A stretch of 64,000 bases of DNA from Octopus vulgaris (GCA_951406725.2 OX597821.1:92938001-93002000), one strand, 5' to 3'; shown: positions 1 to 14,281, counted from the stretch's first letter. Made by a program: numbers and translations. Notes: generated by a model not told the origin, from the letters alone.

Positions 1-80
1 ATTAATTTCACGAGCAGACTGTTCCATTGATTCGGATCAACCAGAACCCTCGTCGTCGTAACCGACGGAGTGCTTCCAAA
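1..80 (+). mobile_element. 3' end of tRNA-derived SINE (family E), cut by the window edge
   Basis: Near reverse complement of 45653-45730, the tail of the full-length copy at 45650-46038. Confidence 0.8.
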
Positions 81-81
81 C

Positions 82-362
82 AGCCCTACCTAATGCCAAC
101 TACTCCAAGAGTGTAGTAGGTGCGTTTTATGTGCTTCTGGCATGGGTGCCCTTAATCCTGACACCAGCATTGGCCATGACTACGATCTCACTTGGTTTGA
201 AAGGTCTACAGAAGCACGGTATATTGCCAAAGGTCTTGGACACCTGTCACAGTCTCCGTAAGGCCCAATGCTCAAACTGTGCTTTTTACATGCCACTGGC
301 ATGGGTGCCAATCAGATGGCACTGGCATCAGCCACGCCTATGATTTCACTTGGCTTGACAGG
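82..362 (-). mobile_element. Fragment of RTE-tailed SINE-like repeat (family C)
   Basis: Shares gccc..cctaatgccaac..gagtgtagt.ggtgc and gtgctttttacatgccactggca motifs with the copies at 9735-10330 and 10441-10870. Confidence 0.65.
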
Positions 363-1149
363 CAAAAAAGGACAATGTATGGGAGTCATTACACAAAAGA
401 TTGCTGGGGAAATACAGTGAAAATAATAAGTTATATTAATTTGGCGATATAGTTAATATTGGAGGCAAAGAAAAAGAACATTTTTGTGGTTAGATTTCTG
501 AGTGAGAAAGAAAATGGAATAATGCCTACTAGTATTGAAAATGAATAGATTTCTATTCCCCACTACATATAATGGATAAATTATAAAACTGATTGTTCAG
601 ACGTTTGATGTTCTATAATATAAAACATAGATTGCATGTCACATAATGTAATGTCACATTACGCACTGGGGTATCTGTGAAGATTCTCTGTTCATGAAAA
701 GAATCAAATAGAAGCCAGCTGACCTAAGCTGTTCCAATCTCTAAGATCTTCACCATGCCTGATGTTGTCTGCCAAAAGCTTATAATTTGCAAAGAGGAAA
801 TTTATTTCTTTTAAGTTGCTTAGTCAGGGGAGGAAATGGATCTTTTTAGAGCCTTCAAAAACTGGCAAGGAAAATGGAATAAGTTATCCTCAGACCAGAG
901 ACCTGATTTCAATTCTTAGAAAGGGCTCTGACACAGCAACCCCAAGGAACAGATCAAGTAACAGATTAAGTCTACCATCCAATAACAGTAATAACCCCTC
1001 TCTCCTACAGTTTCTATCTGATTAATCTCCCTTAAAACTTTCATGTGTATAACAGAAGACAGATGTTCAATGCTCCATGTAAGAGGAATTGATGAAAAGA
1101 ACATGAAGGTTTCAAAACAAACTTATTAACTACATACACATATTCATTT

Positions 1150-1995
1150 TAGATTTTGGCGAAGCATGAAGAGTGCTTGAGCCCCTTGGCTCCAAAATGG
1201 ACCAAACAGGAAAAATTCAACAGGTTGAGATCAGGGCTTCTTGAGAGTCATCCATCGTTGCCTATGAACGACAGATGGTTTTTCTGAATCCAGTGTTGTG
1301 TCTGTTTGGAGCTGTGGGATGGTGCTGAGTCCTGCTGGAGGCTCCCTCAACGAAACCAGATACACTCCCAAAGTTGATCATTCTGGTAGTTTACTGTGTG
1401 TTTGATGTAAAATTTCTTTTCATCAGTGAACACCAAGTTGGGCAGTGTGCCTTCAGCAATCTGATGCAGGATAATACAACTTCTCTCTAGTCTCATGGCC
1501 TTATAAACTTGTGTGAGATCATGACAGCAGATCACCTTGTAGGGGTGGGGTCCTGATATCCTCCTTCAACACTCGATATATCGATGTTCAGCTTATTTTT
1601 GCTGATAGCCAGTTTTCTGGTGGAATGATGACGATTTTGCCGTATCTGGTACTAGAACAAGCTGATGTATCTGCACACTTCTTTTTCTGCCATGTCCAGG
1701 TCGATCAGAGGTGAACCCAGTCTCCTGAAATTTCTTGACAATTTTTTAGACTGTTGTTCGGTTAATTTTAAGCTTTTTTGCTATAGCTGTATTACTTTCG
1801 CCTCCTTTGTGGAGGGTTATGATTGTATTTCAGTCTATAGCCATTATCTAATTTATAAATCTGAATTTATTTCGTCTGAAACAAAAAGAAGATACACTAA
1901 GCTTTTACAATGATGTATAATTTTCATATCTTATCACATTTATTGATAGTTAATAAAGCCTGAAACTTCGGTTACCTTAATTTCAGGAGATCCTG
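1150..1995 (-). mobile_element. Decayed Tc1/mariner-superfamily transposon, DD37D (maT) type, with internal deletion
   Basis: Minus strand from ATG at 1844: MAID*NTIITLHKGGESNTAIAKKLKINRTTV*KIVKKFQETGFTSDRPGHGRKRS (HTH region), then LVFTDEKKF..QND, then QQDSAPSH...RSPDLNLLN with 37 residues between the second D and the third catalytic position (now N). The end reads TA|CAGGATCTCCTGAAAT at 1995-1997. Several stops and frameshifts. Confidence 0.85.
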
Positions 1996-2016
1996 TATGT
2001 ATGCATATATATATAT

Positions 2017-2090
<74 letters not shown>

Positions 2091-2892
2091 ACATATATAT
2101 TCATATTAATACATATCATATACATTATATATATATATATATATATATAATATAATATCTATCTATGTATACATACAGATATATATATATATATATACAT
2201 GTACGTATATGTATATATACATATATATATATACTTGTGTTTATACATATGTATGTGTGTATACATGTATATATATGTGTGCGTGTATGTATGTATGTAT
2301 GCATATAGATAGATAGATAGCTAGATAGATTAATACAAAGAAGTGTTAGTAAGAAATCATTAGAAAATTTAGTCTTGAGACAATTTAAAGTAAGACGATG
2401 ATAAAATATTTGTCAGCTAACCCATTAATAATATGATGTCTATATTTCTATATTACCCATTAATTACCAGAAGTATCAAAATACCATTACGCTGATAATG
2501 GTAATGTTGATAATTGAAGGGGTGACAATGGTGATGATGATGAGGATGATGATGACGACGACGGTAGTGACAGTGGAAGTGGTGGAGGCAAGGGAGGTGG
2601 TGAAGTTGATGGCAGTGGTTGTGGTGGTGGTGGTGGTGGTGGTTATTGTGGATATGGCGGCAGCAGCGGCGACCATCATTGTCATTGTTTTAAGTATTCG
2701 TGTTCTGAATTGAACGATCAAATTTTTGATCAGATCTCAGATGATAATCCACTGGCACAAGATAGGTGGCACAAGATACAAGAAATGTACAGCTCTCTGG
2801 TTTAAGCAGTGGTAGATGGCAGTACTGTAAAACTGTAAAAATGTAAGTCATTAATCTTGAACTGTTGAATTAAGAAGAAAGCTTATCATTAA

Positions 2893-3113
2893 CCCTTTCG
2901 TTACCAACCCGGCTGAAACCAGCTCTGGCTCTGCAGTACAACTGTCTTGTTTTCATAAATTTTGAATTAAAATCTTCCACCAAACCCTAGTCACAATTTA
3001 TGTTCGTAATACTAGCTTAATGATAACAAAGTTATTTTACTAAATTCTTTGTTACATCTAAAATAATTGAAAGAAACACAGAGCATCTCAAAATAAATAC
3101 GGTAACGAAAGGG
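2893..3113. mobile_element. piggyBac-type MITE (221 bp)
   Basis: Perfect 13-bp TIRs CCCTTTCGTTACC / GGTAACGAAAGGG, with TTAA on both sides (2889-2892 and 3114-3117). Confidence 0.92.
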
Positions 3114-3196
3114 TTAAATCTTTGAGACAGGTAAGCTCTGAGAAGCAGATTTTCTCTATGGAAATCTAACTCTACAGTGGTTCATATTCTAGGCAT

Positions 3197-3590
3197 ACTC
3201 TTTACTCTCTTTTACTTTTTTCAGTCATTTGACTGCGGCCATGCTGGAGCACTGCCTTTAGTCGAGCAAATCGACCCCAGGACTTATTCTTTGTAAGCCT
3301 AGCACTTATTCTATCGGTCTCTTTTACCGAACCACTTAGTTACAGGGACGTAAACACATCAGCATCGGTTGTCAAGCGATGTTGTGGTGACAACCACACA
3401 AGCACATATATTTATATATATACATATATACGATGGGCTTTTTTCAGTTTCTCTCTACCAGATCCACTCACAAGGCTTTGGTCAGCCCGAGGCTATAGTA
3501 GAAGACACTTGCCCAAAGTACCACACAGTGGGACTGAACTGAGAACCATGTGGTTGGTAAGGAAGCTACTTACCACACAGCCATTCCTGC
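3197..3590 (-). mobile_element. tRNA-derived SINE family A
   Basis: Reverse-complement match to the plus-strand copies at 58952 and 62971: A/B-box-like head, internal (TA)/(CA) tract, (GTAAAAGA)n-like tail. Confidence 0.88.
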
Positions 3591-3969
3591 TTGGTTATGA
3601 AGTTTCTTCATAATCTCTTGATTTGGGTACAGCCCCGTAGTGTGGCATTTTGAACAAGCTTCTACTATAGCCCCAGACCAACGAAAGCCTCATGATTAAA
3701 TTTGATAGAAACCAAATGGATCATATTGTGTATGTGTTGTGTGTGTGAGTGTGTGTGTGTTTCCTTGTCTTTCAGAACTCTGAAAATAAGGAACAAATTT
3801 CTTTATCATTGTGGTCACTTACTTATTGTGTATAAACAGAAAGATACCCGTATTTGTACATACAAAGGGCATACAGACTAGCATACATAATCCCCTTCCT
3901 TTGTGTGTGTGTTTTTTCTGGTTTCTGTATATTCTTTCACTGTCCTCCTGTGCCACATTTTACTACTAC

Positions 3970-4371
3970 TACTCTTTGACTCTTTTACTCTTTTACTTGC
4001 TTCAGTCATTTGACTGCGGCCATGCTGGAGCACCGCCTTTAGTTGAGCAACTCGACCCCGGGACTTATTCTTTTTGTAAGCCCAGTACTTATTCTATCGG
4101 TCTCTTTTTGCCGAACCGCTAAGTGACGGGGACGCAAACACACCAGCATCGGTTGTCAAGCAATGCCAGGGGAACAAACACAGACACACATACATATATA
4201 TATACATATTATACGACAGGCTTCTTTCAGTTTCCGTTTACCAAATCCACTCACAAGGCAATGGTCGGCCCGGGGCTATAGCAGAAGACACTTGCCCAAG
4301 ATGCCACGCAGTGGGACTGAACCCGGAACCATGTAGTTGGTTAGCAAGCTTCTTACCACACAGCCACTCCT
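3970..4371 (-). mobile_element. tRNA-derived SINE family A
   Basis: Near-consensus copy; TACTACTAC on both flanks (probable TSD). Confidence 0.9.
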
Positions 4372-4566
4372 ACTACTACAATGTACACACATACATAGGT
4401 GTGTCTCTGTGTATGCATACTTACATACATACATACAGACAGACAGAAAGATTGATAGATAGATGCAAAAATTCGGAATATGCGGAAGTAGATAACTTTT
4501 TAATTCCTTATCATAAATACTAGAAAATCTACCTACCTCAAATTATAGATTTTGGAAGAGTGTTTC

Positions 4567-4605
<39 letters not shown>

Positions 4606-5169
4606 CGTAGAATACAATAAAATCATCTAATAATATAAATAAGCCAAAGCTGAAAAATATTTTTGGTCATAGGGAAAGGAAAACATACTTCATCTGATCG
4701 GCTATAAAAGAATTTCGTAATAAAACAAGTAACAATAAGAGCAACACAAAGGGAAGCAACTGCAACAGGAAGCTAAAAAAAATATCCATAAAACATTGTT
4801 AAGAGTTCAGCAATATATGTAAGAGAAATGTGTTTAAAACTATATTTATTTAGTCTGCTTCCGTATCGACTATCTCTCAAGTAAAGAAAGACATATAACA
4901 ATTTTCTTGGATGTATTTCTGATGTAATAAAAACAATAACAAATGGATAAAATACACACACACACACACATGTAGGTGCCCAGACATATATATCACAAAA
5001 TGTAAAATATACATATATATATAGAAACACAACTGCTTATATACATGCACATACATTTATACATATATACATACATAACAATAAAAATGGTTAAAATATA
5101 CATGTATAGATGTATGCATGTGCACGTAAACATATATGATATACAATAAAAAACAAGAATGAATGTAAA

Positions 5170-5517
<348 letters not shown>

Positions 5518-5724
5518 CATACTGCTAGGTAGATGTGTATGCATGTGTATTTGTGCATGTGGTTAAACCTACACACATACACACACGAACATACAGACAC
5601 ACACACACAAGAATAGCAAAATGATAGAAAACACATTTATTCACATACACGTATGTATCTATAGATATATAGAAAATTACAAAAATAAAAAGGCTTCAAA
5701 ATATATAGACACACACATGTTTGC

Positions 5725-5757
<33 letters not shown>

Positions 5758-5993
5758 TGTATGTATGTATGTATACATTTATATACATGTATAAAAGAAC
5801 AACAAAGACTATAAAATAAGCATGTGTCTGCACATATCCATACCCCCCCACACACGCACACATACACACACATATGTGTTTATAAGTTAAAAGTGTATAA
5901 TAAATATGTATACAATGCAATGCAAAATTATACAAAGACACAGATACAGTTGTGCATGCAAATCATCTCTAAACAAACAAATCCAAACACAAA

Positions 5994-6039
<46 letters not shown>

Positions 6040-6071
6040 TACATACATACATACATACATACATACATACA

Positions 6072-6102
<31 letters not shown>

Positions 6103-6289
6103 GTGTGCACACAAAAATTCATGCACAAACACACATTTACCATAATTTTTTTTCTGTCATTTTTATTCCCATGATTCTATGTTTCTGAATTTTTTTGCAG
6201 GTCAGAACTTCAGATAGTAAACTTTATTATGACTTTCTTTGAGACAGCTCTGGGTTAGTTTTGCAAGAAGCAGAGGGCACTCGGCTTTG

Positions 6290-6639
6290 ATTTCCCTAAG
6301 CATGACATGTTTTCTCTGTTGGTGATTTGCTATGCTTTAAGAAGACATGTCAAGCTTAGTGAAATTGTAGTTGCGGCCAGTATTTTTTGTGACATGTAAA
6401 AAGGCATTTGTGCCAGTGACATGTAAAAGGCACCTGTGCTGGTGACACATTAAAGGCATCCATGCTGGTGATATGTTAAAAGCATCGATTACACTCTATG
6501 GAGTGGTTGGTGTTAGGAAAGGAATCCTGCTGTAGAAAAGAGGCCGGAACCTGGTGCAGCTCCCCATCTTACCAGGTCCAGTAAAACCATCTAATCTATA
6601 CCAGCCTGGAAAAACAGACGTTAAACAATGATGATGATG

Positions 6640-6642
<3 letters not shown>
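6290..6642 (+). mobile_element. SINE-like repeat family C
   Basis: GAGTGGTTGGTGTTAGGAAAGGAATCC..GTAGAAA motif, short internal repeats, tail CCAGCCTGGAAAAACAGACGTTAAACAATGATGATG. Confidence 0.75.
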
Positions 6643-6672
<30 letters not shown>

Positions 6673-6845
6673 TGGAGGAGGAGGAGGAGGATAATGAAGA
6701 TGATGATGATGATGATGAGAGGGCATATTTGATTGTATGAGTTACAGTAAATTACTGACTGCTACCATATCATATTATTTATATGTGACAGTACGTAGAA
6801 TAGGGGAGAAATGCAGTTCTATATTTAAGAGACGAGGAATTATGC

Positions 6846-7044
6846 ACATTATTTACATTATTTACATTAAACGGATATTTGTCCTCATCTTGTTTGTCGT
6901 TAACACAACGTTTCGGCTGATATACCCTCCAGCCTTCCCCAAGACACTTGATGAAGGCCGGAGGGTATATCAGCCAAAATGTTGTGTTAACAACAAACAA
7001 GATGAGGACAAATATCCATCTAATGTAAATAGTGTAAATAATGT
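6846..7044. mobile_element. Fold-back element (~92-bp arms) with degenerate minimal hammerhead; probable Penelope pseudo-LTR remnant
   Basis: Arms 6846-6937 and 6953-7044 are near reverse complements. Plus strand reads ACAC-TTGATGA-A-GGCCG..CAGCC-AAAA-TGTT-GTGT; the other arm keeps CAGCC-GAAACGTT-GTGT. Confidence 0.7.
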
Positions 7045-7176
7045 AGAAGAGAAATGGTTGAGTAGTAAAGGTTTTATGCTACCTGTTCAGGTATGATCAT
7101 TTCAAATCTTGTGCAGTAATTCAGTTGTCTCAAACAGAAGACACTTTAGTTTATTGTACTTCTGTTCACCATACTC

Positions 7177-7521
7177 ATTCTTGCTCACAACATCATAAGC
7201 GGAAAGTGTAACCTCTCAAAAGAGCTGTTCTTCACTCCTGCTCCAGAGCGTCAGTTGTGGGGTCATTCTGAAAAGCTCTATCTGCGACGATTTCATCTCA
7301 ATCGAAGGAGAGGGGCTTTCTCCGTCCGGGTTGCGGGTCCGTGGAATAAGCTGCCAGATGAGATGGTGAAGATGCTGACGACCACTCGGTTCAAAGTTTC
7401 CCTTGACCTCAAGTGGCCTGAACTCTTTACATGAACACCACCCTGTACATAACTCCATGTCCCCCTACATGGCCTTGCTTTTTGCTTTTTGAGCCAAAAA
7501 ATTAACTAACTAACTAACTAA
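7177..7521 (+). mobile_element. 5'-truncated CR1-group LINE 3' end
   Basis: Translates ILAHNIISGKCNLSKELFF..LWGHSEKLYLRRFHLNRRRGAFSVRVAGPWNKLPDEMV..FKVSLDLKWPELFT*; (TAAC)n tail; CATACTC repeated at 7170-7176 and 7522-7528 (TSD). Confidence 0.88.
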
Positions 7522-8344
7522 CATACTCTGAAAAATAACACTTACACCACACTTTTGCTTATTGATTTTGGTGCCTCTATAGTCATCAGTAGACATAGCA
7601 TCCTCTTGGCCTGCTCATCCTTGATGAAGCAGAGTATCAAGGTGACAACAAATGGAGAGTGATTGAACTGCATCAGCACTAGAAAGGTACTCATTAGTGG
7701 ATCCACATGCAGTGATGTACCTCGCTCGACAATACGAATTGCTTCTCAGTCTAGGAATCAAACTCATAATAATCATAAGCAGAAAAACCCCACTGCTAGG
7801 CCATATGCCTATGTTGTGAGGAGTAGAAATGGAAAATTTCTGAGAAAGTTTCCTGTTATAGACTATGGTTTATCTCATATCTTAATATGCGAGACAAAAA
7901 CAAGATCTCACCTGCAATCATTATTTAAGGAAAAAAAACAACATTTTCCCTCTCATTCTTCTCACATTGATGCCAAGAATATGCTTTGAAGCCAGGAGCT
8001 CACAACAGACTTTTGTCCCACTGTGATACCGCACGTGTGTGGGAGAGAAGGCTAACTATGCACTGCTGTGAAGATGGTTACTGAAAGCTAACCCCTTGTA
8101 TGAAGCACCTGTGAATAAATGGTTATTGAATTTACTCCACCTGAGCACTTCATTCTTCATATTTCCAGCTCTTTGAATCAACAGAATAATTAAAATGGAA
8201 GAAGAAGATACCCCAAAAGTATCATAAAATCCTTCCTTCCAGAGTATGGATTATATCATATCTTAATAAGAAGTTGTGTCTATGTCTTTGTATGACTTTG
8301 CTTTGCATTGTATACTTATTTATCGTACACCTAGTATTACAGCA

Positions 8345-8685
8345 TGTGAAGGCGCATGGCTCAGTGGTTAGAGCGTCGAGCTTACAATCGTGAGGTTGTG
8401 AGCTCGAATCCTGGACCGGGCTGTGTGTTGTGTTCTTGAGCAAGGCACTTTATTTCACATTGCTCCAGTTCACTCAGCTGTAGAAATGAGTTGCGACGTC
8501 ACGGGTGCCGAGCTGTATTGACATTTGTCTTTCCCTTGGATAACACTGGTGGCGTGGAGAGGGGAGGCCAGTATGCATGAGCGACTGCTGGTCTTCCATA
8601 AACAACCTCGCCCGGACTTGTGTCTAGGAGGGTAACTTTCTAGGTGCAATCCCATGGTCTGTGTCATGACCGAAGGGGGTCTCCG
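8345..8685 (+). mobile_element. tRNA-derived SINE family D (CORE-like central domain)
   Basis: tRNA-like head TGGCTCAGTGGTTAGAGC..GCTCGAATCC; TTGAGCAAGGCACTT..CAGCTGTAGAAATG resembles the CORE domain; 12-bp TSD AGTATTACAGCA (8333-8344 and 8686-8697). Confidence 0.9.
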
Positions 8686-9734
8686 AGTATTACAGCAATC
8701 ATAGTGCAGCAATAGTCATTAAGATATTAGTAATTTATAAATGGATTATTTCTTATTTAGTTATCACAGGGTTGAAAATTTAGTTGCTTGTAGTAGTTGT
8801 AAAAGTAGCTGCTGAATGTGTAGATATTTTGACATAAGTATTTAGTTTAACACTCTATCAACTTCAGTCTTAATAAAAATCTCTTACAATAGCATAAAGT
8901 CACAATATTTTAGAGGATAAGTATAATTAAATGAATTAATCTTTGCATAATCTTTGTTCGTCTGTCAACTATACCGTGGACAATGATGGATGCACCACAT
9001 TTTCTATTTATTATAGTATATGTGCAGCAATGTTCCACGATTGTCTTTCAAAGCTAATACTACCTGAAGGTCACATGAATATTGTGGCCATTGGGTCTGT
9101 AAAATTCAAGCAGCAGCAAGAAAACTTGATTAAGATTCTTAACCATATTCATTCGCTTCAAGAAGTCTTGGAGGCACCAATATCAGTTGATTAATTCAAC
9201 TCCTGGTGGCAGTAATCAACTGATACTTTATTTTATTGACCCCAGGAGGATGAAAGACTAAGTTGTCATCAGTGATATTGAACACAGAGTGTTACGAATG
9301 TAAAGAGCCGGAACTAAATACCATTCATTGTTTTCTTCAATGCTACCATGATTCTGCTAGTTTACTTTCCGTCTTATTACATAACTGTTACATATATCCT
9401 TGATCTTGGTGGTGAGTGTGAAAGGCCAGATTTTAGATCAGAACATAGTGAGTGTAGGATTAGATTAGTGTAAAGCGTTATTTAGTTTCAGCATATATAT
9501 CATGTATTGTCACCCCATTAATTGATTCACTCTTATAACATTGGTTTCTCACATAAACACAAGGAATCAGTTGACTGAGGATTTATAGCATTCATACGTT
9601 TTGCATTGCTATTAGCAATGGGAAGCAGGTATGAGTATGGGCTTAAGAAGTTCACTTTGCAAAGCTTTGGTTCCAAGTTTAATCCTATGACTTGGCAACT
9701 TAAACAAATGTCTTTTGCTCTATCTTCAGAAAGA

Positions 9735-10330
9735 ACATCATCATCATCATCATTGTTTAACGTCCGCTTTCCATGCTGGCATGGGTTGGGCGGTTTGACT
9801 GAGGATTGGCAAGCCAGTGGGCTGCACCAGGCTCCAATCTGGTCTGGAAATGTTGCTACAGCTGGATGCCCTTCCTAACATCAACCACTCCGAGAGTGTA
9901 GTGGGTGCTTTTTACATACCACCAGCATAGGAGCCAATCAGGGGACACTGCCATCAACAATGTTCAGTTGGTGCTTTTGACGTGCCATCAGCACAGGAGC
10001 CAGTCAGGGTGCACTGGTATCGACCACGTTCAGATGGTGCTTTTTACATGCCACCAGCATGGGAGCCAATCAGGGGGCCCTAGCATTGACCATGTTCAGA
10101 TGGTGCTTTTTACATGCCATCAGCACAGGAGCCAGTCAGGGGGCCCTAGCATTGACTACATTCGGATGGTGCTTTTTACATACCACCAGCATGGGAGCCA
10201 ATCAGGGGGCCCTAGCATTGACTATGTTCAGATGGTGCTTTTTACGTGCCACCAGCATAGCAGCCAGTCAGGTGGTACTGGCATTGACCACATTCAGATG
10301 GTGCTTTTTATGTGCCACTGGCATGGGAGT
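9735..10330 (-). mobile_element. SINE-like repeat family C with expanded 60-bp internal tandem array
   Basis: (CAT)n tail at the left, GGATGCCCTTCCTAAC motif, about 7 copies of a 60-bp unit at 9905-10325. Confidence 0.85.
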
Positions 10331-10440
10331 GGTTGGAATTTGTTGAATGGTTAGGTGATTAGATTGTTTGCCTCATGTTCATAGGTTCCAGGTTTTTAAT
10401 TCCAAACTGATCTGTGTATTATGTTTTTGAACAAAACATT

Positions 10441-10870
10441 ACATCATCATCATTTAGCATCCGCTTTCCATGCTAGCATGGGTTGGACAGTTCAACTGGG
10501 GTCTGGGAAGCCAGAAGGCTGCACCAGGCCCAGTCTGATCTGGCAATGTTTCTACGGCTGGATGCCCTTCCTAACGCCAACCACTCTGTGAGTGTAGTGG
10601 GTGCTTTTTACATGCCACCAGCACAGCTGCCAGATGGGGCTGGCAACGGCCATGATCGGATGGTGCTTTTTACGTGCCACCGGCACTGGTATCAGCTACA
10701 ATTTCCATTAATGTTGATCGATTTTGACAAGTAGAGTTTTGTGTCCCAAGAAGGAAAGGTATGCATAAGTGGACTGGCTACATCCCAGGTAGAGGCCATG
10801 GGTTATGGTCTCACTTGTCCTGCTGGGTCTTCTCACACACAGCATACTTGCATAGGTCTCAGTCTCTAGT
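10441..10870 (-). mobile_element. SINE-like repeat family C
   Basis: Same tail (catcatcatttagcatccgctttccatgctagcatggg) and GGATGCCCTTCCTAACGCCAACCAC motif. Confidence 0.82.
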
Positions 10871-12140
10871 TTCAATGAAAATGAGTACCAGCAATGGCTG
10901 GAGTGTTAGCCCTGTAATGGAATGACCTCTCGTTCCTGAGGAAATATCATACAATTGGCCACTTATACTCCATAGAAACTAGTATGAGCTCTGGATCAGA
11001 GAGTGCATGGCCTAAAACTTATAAGAACAGTTTGTCACATATTTCTGTAGTGCCTGTGTAGAAGTGGATCTCCATTTCTGTTTTTTTCTGCTGTTTGCTT
11101 TTGCTCCACTGACGAGTTAAATATGGCGTAACACCTTTGGGCACTAAGAAAGAAGACTCAAAAATGGACACAAAGGCGGTGGGTGGAGGCTGGGCAAAAA
11201 ATAGAAAGTGATAAGGAAATACAAACTGCTTAACACAGATCACAGAAAGAAGGGGAAATATTAATGTATACTGATGTGTGCGGGTGTGTGTGTGTGTGTG
11301 TGTGTGCGTGTGTGTAGTAATCTGCTAACAAGACAGTTCCCAAAACTGGACAGTTATGGCTGGAATTGAGATCTCTCAGTCAGTGTATACCTACCTACCT
11401 CCCAGATAGTCCACTTAGAACACAGGATGGCCAAGGGTTAGGTGATTATCATCATTTGCTTGTCTGCTCAGCTCATGTTCTCTTAAAGCATTGATTGTAA
11501 ATTAAAACTCAATAAGTTCATAAATATTAATTTCAATCTACCTACAAGGAAGTGTGAGTCAAAGCTAGGATGCCTTTCATCATAGGTCTACACAGTTGGA
11601 GTTTACCTATAATTAATTTAAAACACTAACAACACAATCACTCAAACTTTTTATTCCCTCTCTTTCTCCTTCTCTCTTTCTCCCTTTCTTTTCCCACAAT
11701 GTCTCACTCTGTGTGTGTGTGTATATATATATACAAAATAAGAAAATGGAGAAATACACCTTAATCAATAATAAACTACCAGATAATACCCAATCACATA
11801 ATTTATTAACCAACTACATATGAACATCAAGGTCAAACATAATAGTACAGAACAAAACAATGCACATCAATGAGTAATATGATACAATAAGTACAACTAA
11901 CTAACTAACAATATGTATAAATAAACATAAATAAATATATATAAATATAAACTACATCTTACAGCTGTTTCAGCCATGTAGATATGGGTATCTCATTATG
12001 CTCATATTAGCCAATACAATAAATGAATTAATTGCATTGCAATTCTTAACATTTATGCATTAACTTTGTTGGGTGCTTTACTAGCAGTATATTGGATATA
12101 TGTTATCCCATGGTGGGTTGCACTCACAACCCCTATCTCA

Positions 12141-12179
<39 letters not shown>

Positions 12180-12180
<1 letters not shown>

Positions 12181-12514
12181 CTAGCCTACCCTCGCACCTG
12201 TGCCAGTGGCATGTAAAAAGCACCATCTGAACGTGGCTGATGCCAGCGCTGCCTTGACTGGCTTCCGTGTCAGTGGCACATAAAAACCACCAACCAATCG
12301 TGGCCATTGCCAGCCTCCCCTAGCACCTGTGCCAGTGGTATGTAAAAATCACCCACTACACTCATGGAGTGGTTGGCATTAGGAAGGGCATCCAGCTGTA
12401 GAAACGCTGCCATATCACACTGGAGCATGGTGCAGCCTCCTGGCTTCCCAGACCCCGGTCGAACCATCCAACCCATGCTAGCATGGAAAACGGACGTTAC
12501 ACGATGATGATGAT
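12180..12514 (+). mobile_element. SINE-like repeat family C
   Basis: GGAAGGGCATCCAGCTGTAGAAAC motif; tail CCCATGCTAGCATGGAAAACGGACGTTACACGATGATG. Confidence 0.82.
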
Positions 12515-12807
12515 ATATATATATATAAGGTGTATTCCATTAGGAAAGTATTAGAGTACAAAGTAAAGCTCGTTCACTTGAGGAGATACAAATGGATCCA
12601 ATTATACAGGTAAAGCATTGCTTAATTTAAATCGTGTGTATATGTGGATCTATGTTGTAGCAAAACATGTGTAGGGTTAATTAAATAGCTGTCTAAATAT
12701 ACTCATACTTGACTGTATCTATTCAATTTTAAACACACACATATACATATATGTATATACATCATGCCCTCATGGAAAGCGAAGGTTAAACAACAATGAT
12801 GATGACG

Positions 12808-12984
12808 ATCGTTAGCCACTTCGCTTATCTTTTCTCTCCTTGTTTTTTCTGTCTCCCTTTCTGTCGAAGAGCGTAGGCTCAAAACATAAAAGACTTTTTC
12901 TATTCCTGAGCGTTATACTAATACATCTGTTTGTTTTGTACACCACCTGTCTTTGTCTTTTGTTTTTTTCGTAAACTCTCCCTA
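12808..12984 (+). mobile_element. Short (TA)n-associated repeat (family H1) with degenerate hammerhead motif
   Basis: Homologous to 32415-32578, 33083-33261 and 41346-41538; CTTT-CTGTCGA-A-GAGC-GTAG-GCTC-AAAACATA-AAAG; ends in (TA)n. Confidence 0.75.
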
Positions 12985-14064
12985 TATATATATATGTATA
13001 TATTTAACTATCTCTTTTATTTGTCTGTCTCTCCCTCTCACTCAATCAACCTGTCTCTCTGTCTATATGTTTTTTCCTCTCTCCTCAATTCCTTCTCTTT
13101 TTCTCCCTATCTGTAATACTTTGTTTCTTTTCGTCTCTTTTTCTCCCTGTTTCCCTTAAATAGAACTTACTAATATATTTACTAATAGAAATTCTAATTC
13201 ATCACATCTTCGCTCCCTCAGACACATCTTATATATCCATGCTATGATAACAGGAATTCAAGAATGGCATACCCTCCTGTGGCACATAGGCAAAACATTA
13301 GAATGAGATTTAGAGAAAATTTAGTTATTTTTAGTTCTTATTTCAAGCAACCGTGCAGAGACCATCCATGATTGGCTGAAAGTAAGCTTGATATCTGTTT
13401 AGCCCAGATTAGTCAAGATATAACTGTTTTATGATAATAAGGAGTTCCAATCATAACCATACCATCTTTTTCTATATCAGCAACTATATTGTTCAATAGC
13501 CCCAGCATGGCCGCGGCCTTCGGAGTAAAACATTTTTAAGGATTTAAGGATTTAGTAAGGTGAGATTTGAGAGAGATTTGGCAGCTATCCTCAGTGGATC
13601 GAGAAACCATGAAGTAAATATTCCTTAATTAAATAATTATAAATTATTTAATCACACTGATGATGGCTGCAAGACACAAAAAATTAGTCTTTTCAATTAC
13701 AGCCAATTTCTGGTTTGTATGGTAGTTTAGTTTGCAATAATTTTTGTTTGTGAACAGAAAAAATCATGGGTTCATTTTCTCTGGTGAGTGATCAATAGAC
13801 TGTGAAACATATCAGGGCAATCTCCGTTATTTTAACATTTGTGTGTATGCATGTGTATGTGTGTGTGTTTATGTGTGTATTTGTGTCTGTGTGAGAGAGT
13901 GTGTGTGTGTGTATGTGTGTATGTGTGTGAGTGAGTGTACATGTGTGTGAGTTGGTGTGTGGGTTGTGTGTGTGTTTGTGCACATGTAAGAGAGAGTAAG
14001 AGAGAGAGAGAGAGTGCATGGGTGGGTGGGAGAGAGAGAGAGAATGCGTGGGTGGGTGGGAGAG

Positions 14065-14101
<37 letters not shown>

Positions 14102-14245
14102 ACGCACACAAAAGCAAGCAGGTATATGTATGTGTGAATAGAATAATTGGATTTAGCTAAAATTTGTTTGAAATTCCACAGGCAAGACTTACAAAATATG
14201 GAATTTAAGTAAAAATTTATTTTAGGTGTCTAATACAGTGTTGTG

Positions 14246-14281
<36 letters not shown>

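Noticed and set aside
6201-6253. Possible exon (strong TTTTTTTGCAG acceptor, GTTAGT donor)
   Set aside because: 53 nt, no recognisable peptide and no partner exons; cannot be supported without RNA data.
8345-8420. tRNA genes at SINE heads (also 45965-46038)
   Set aside because: A/B boxes continue into repeat bodies with TSDs; no complete cloverleaf or terminator.
9905-10354. 149-aa repetitive ORF, or a CRISPR-like array
   Set aside because: Contiguous 60-bp tandem units with no unique spacers, inside a SINE-like repeat in a eukaryotic genome.
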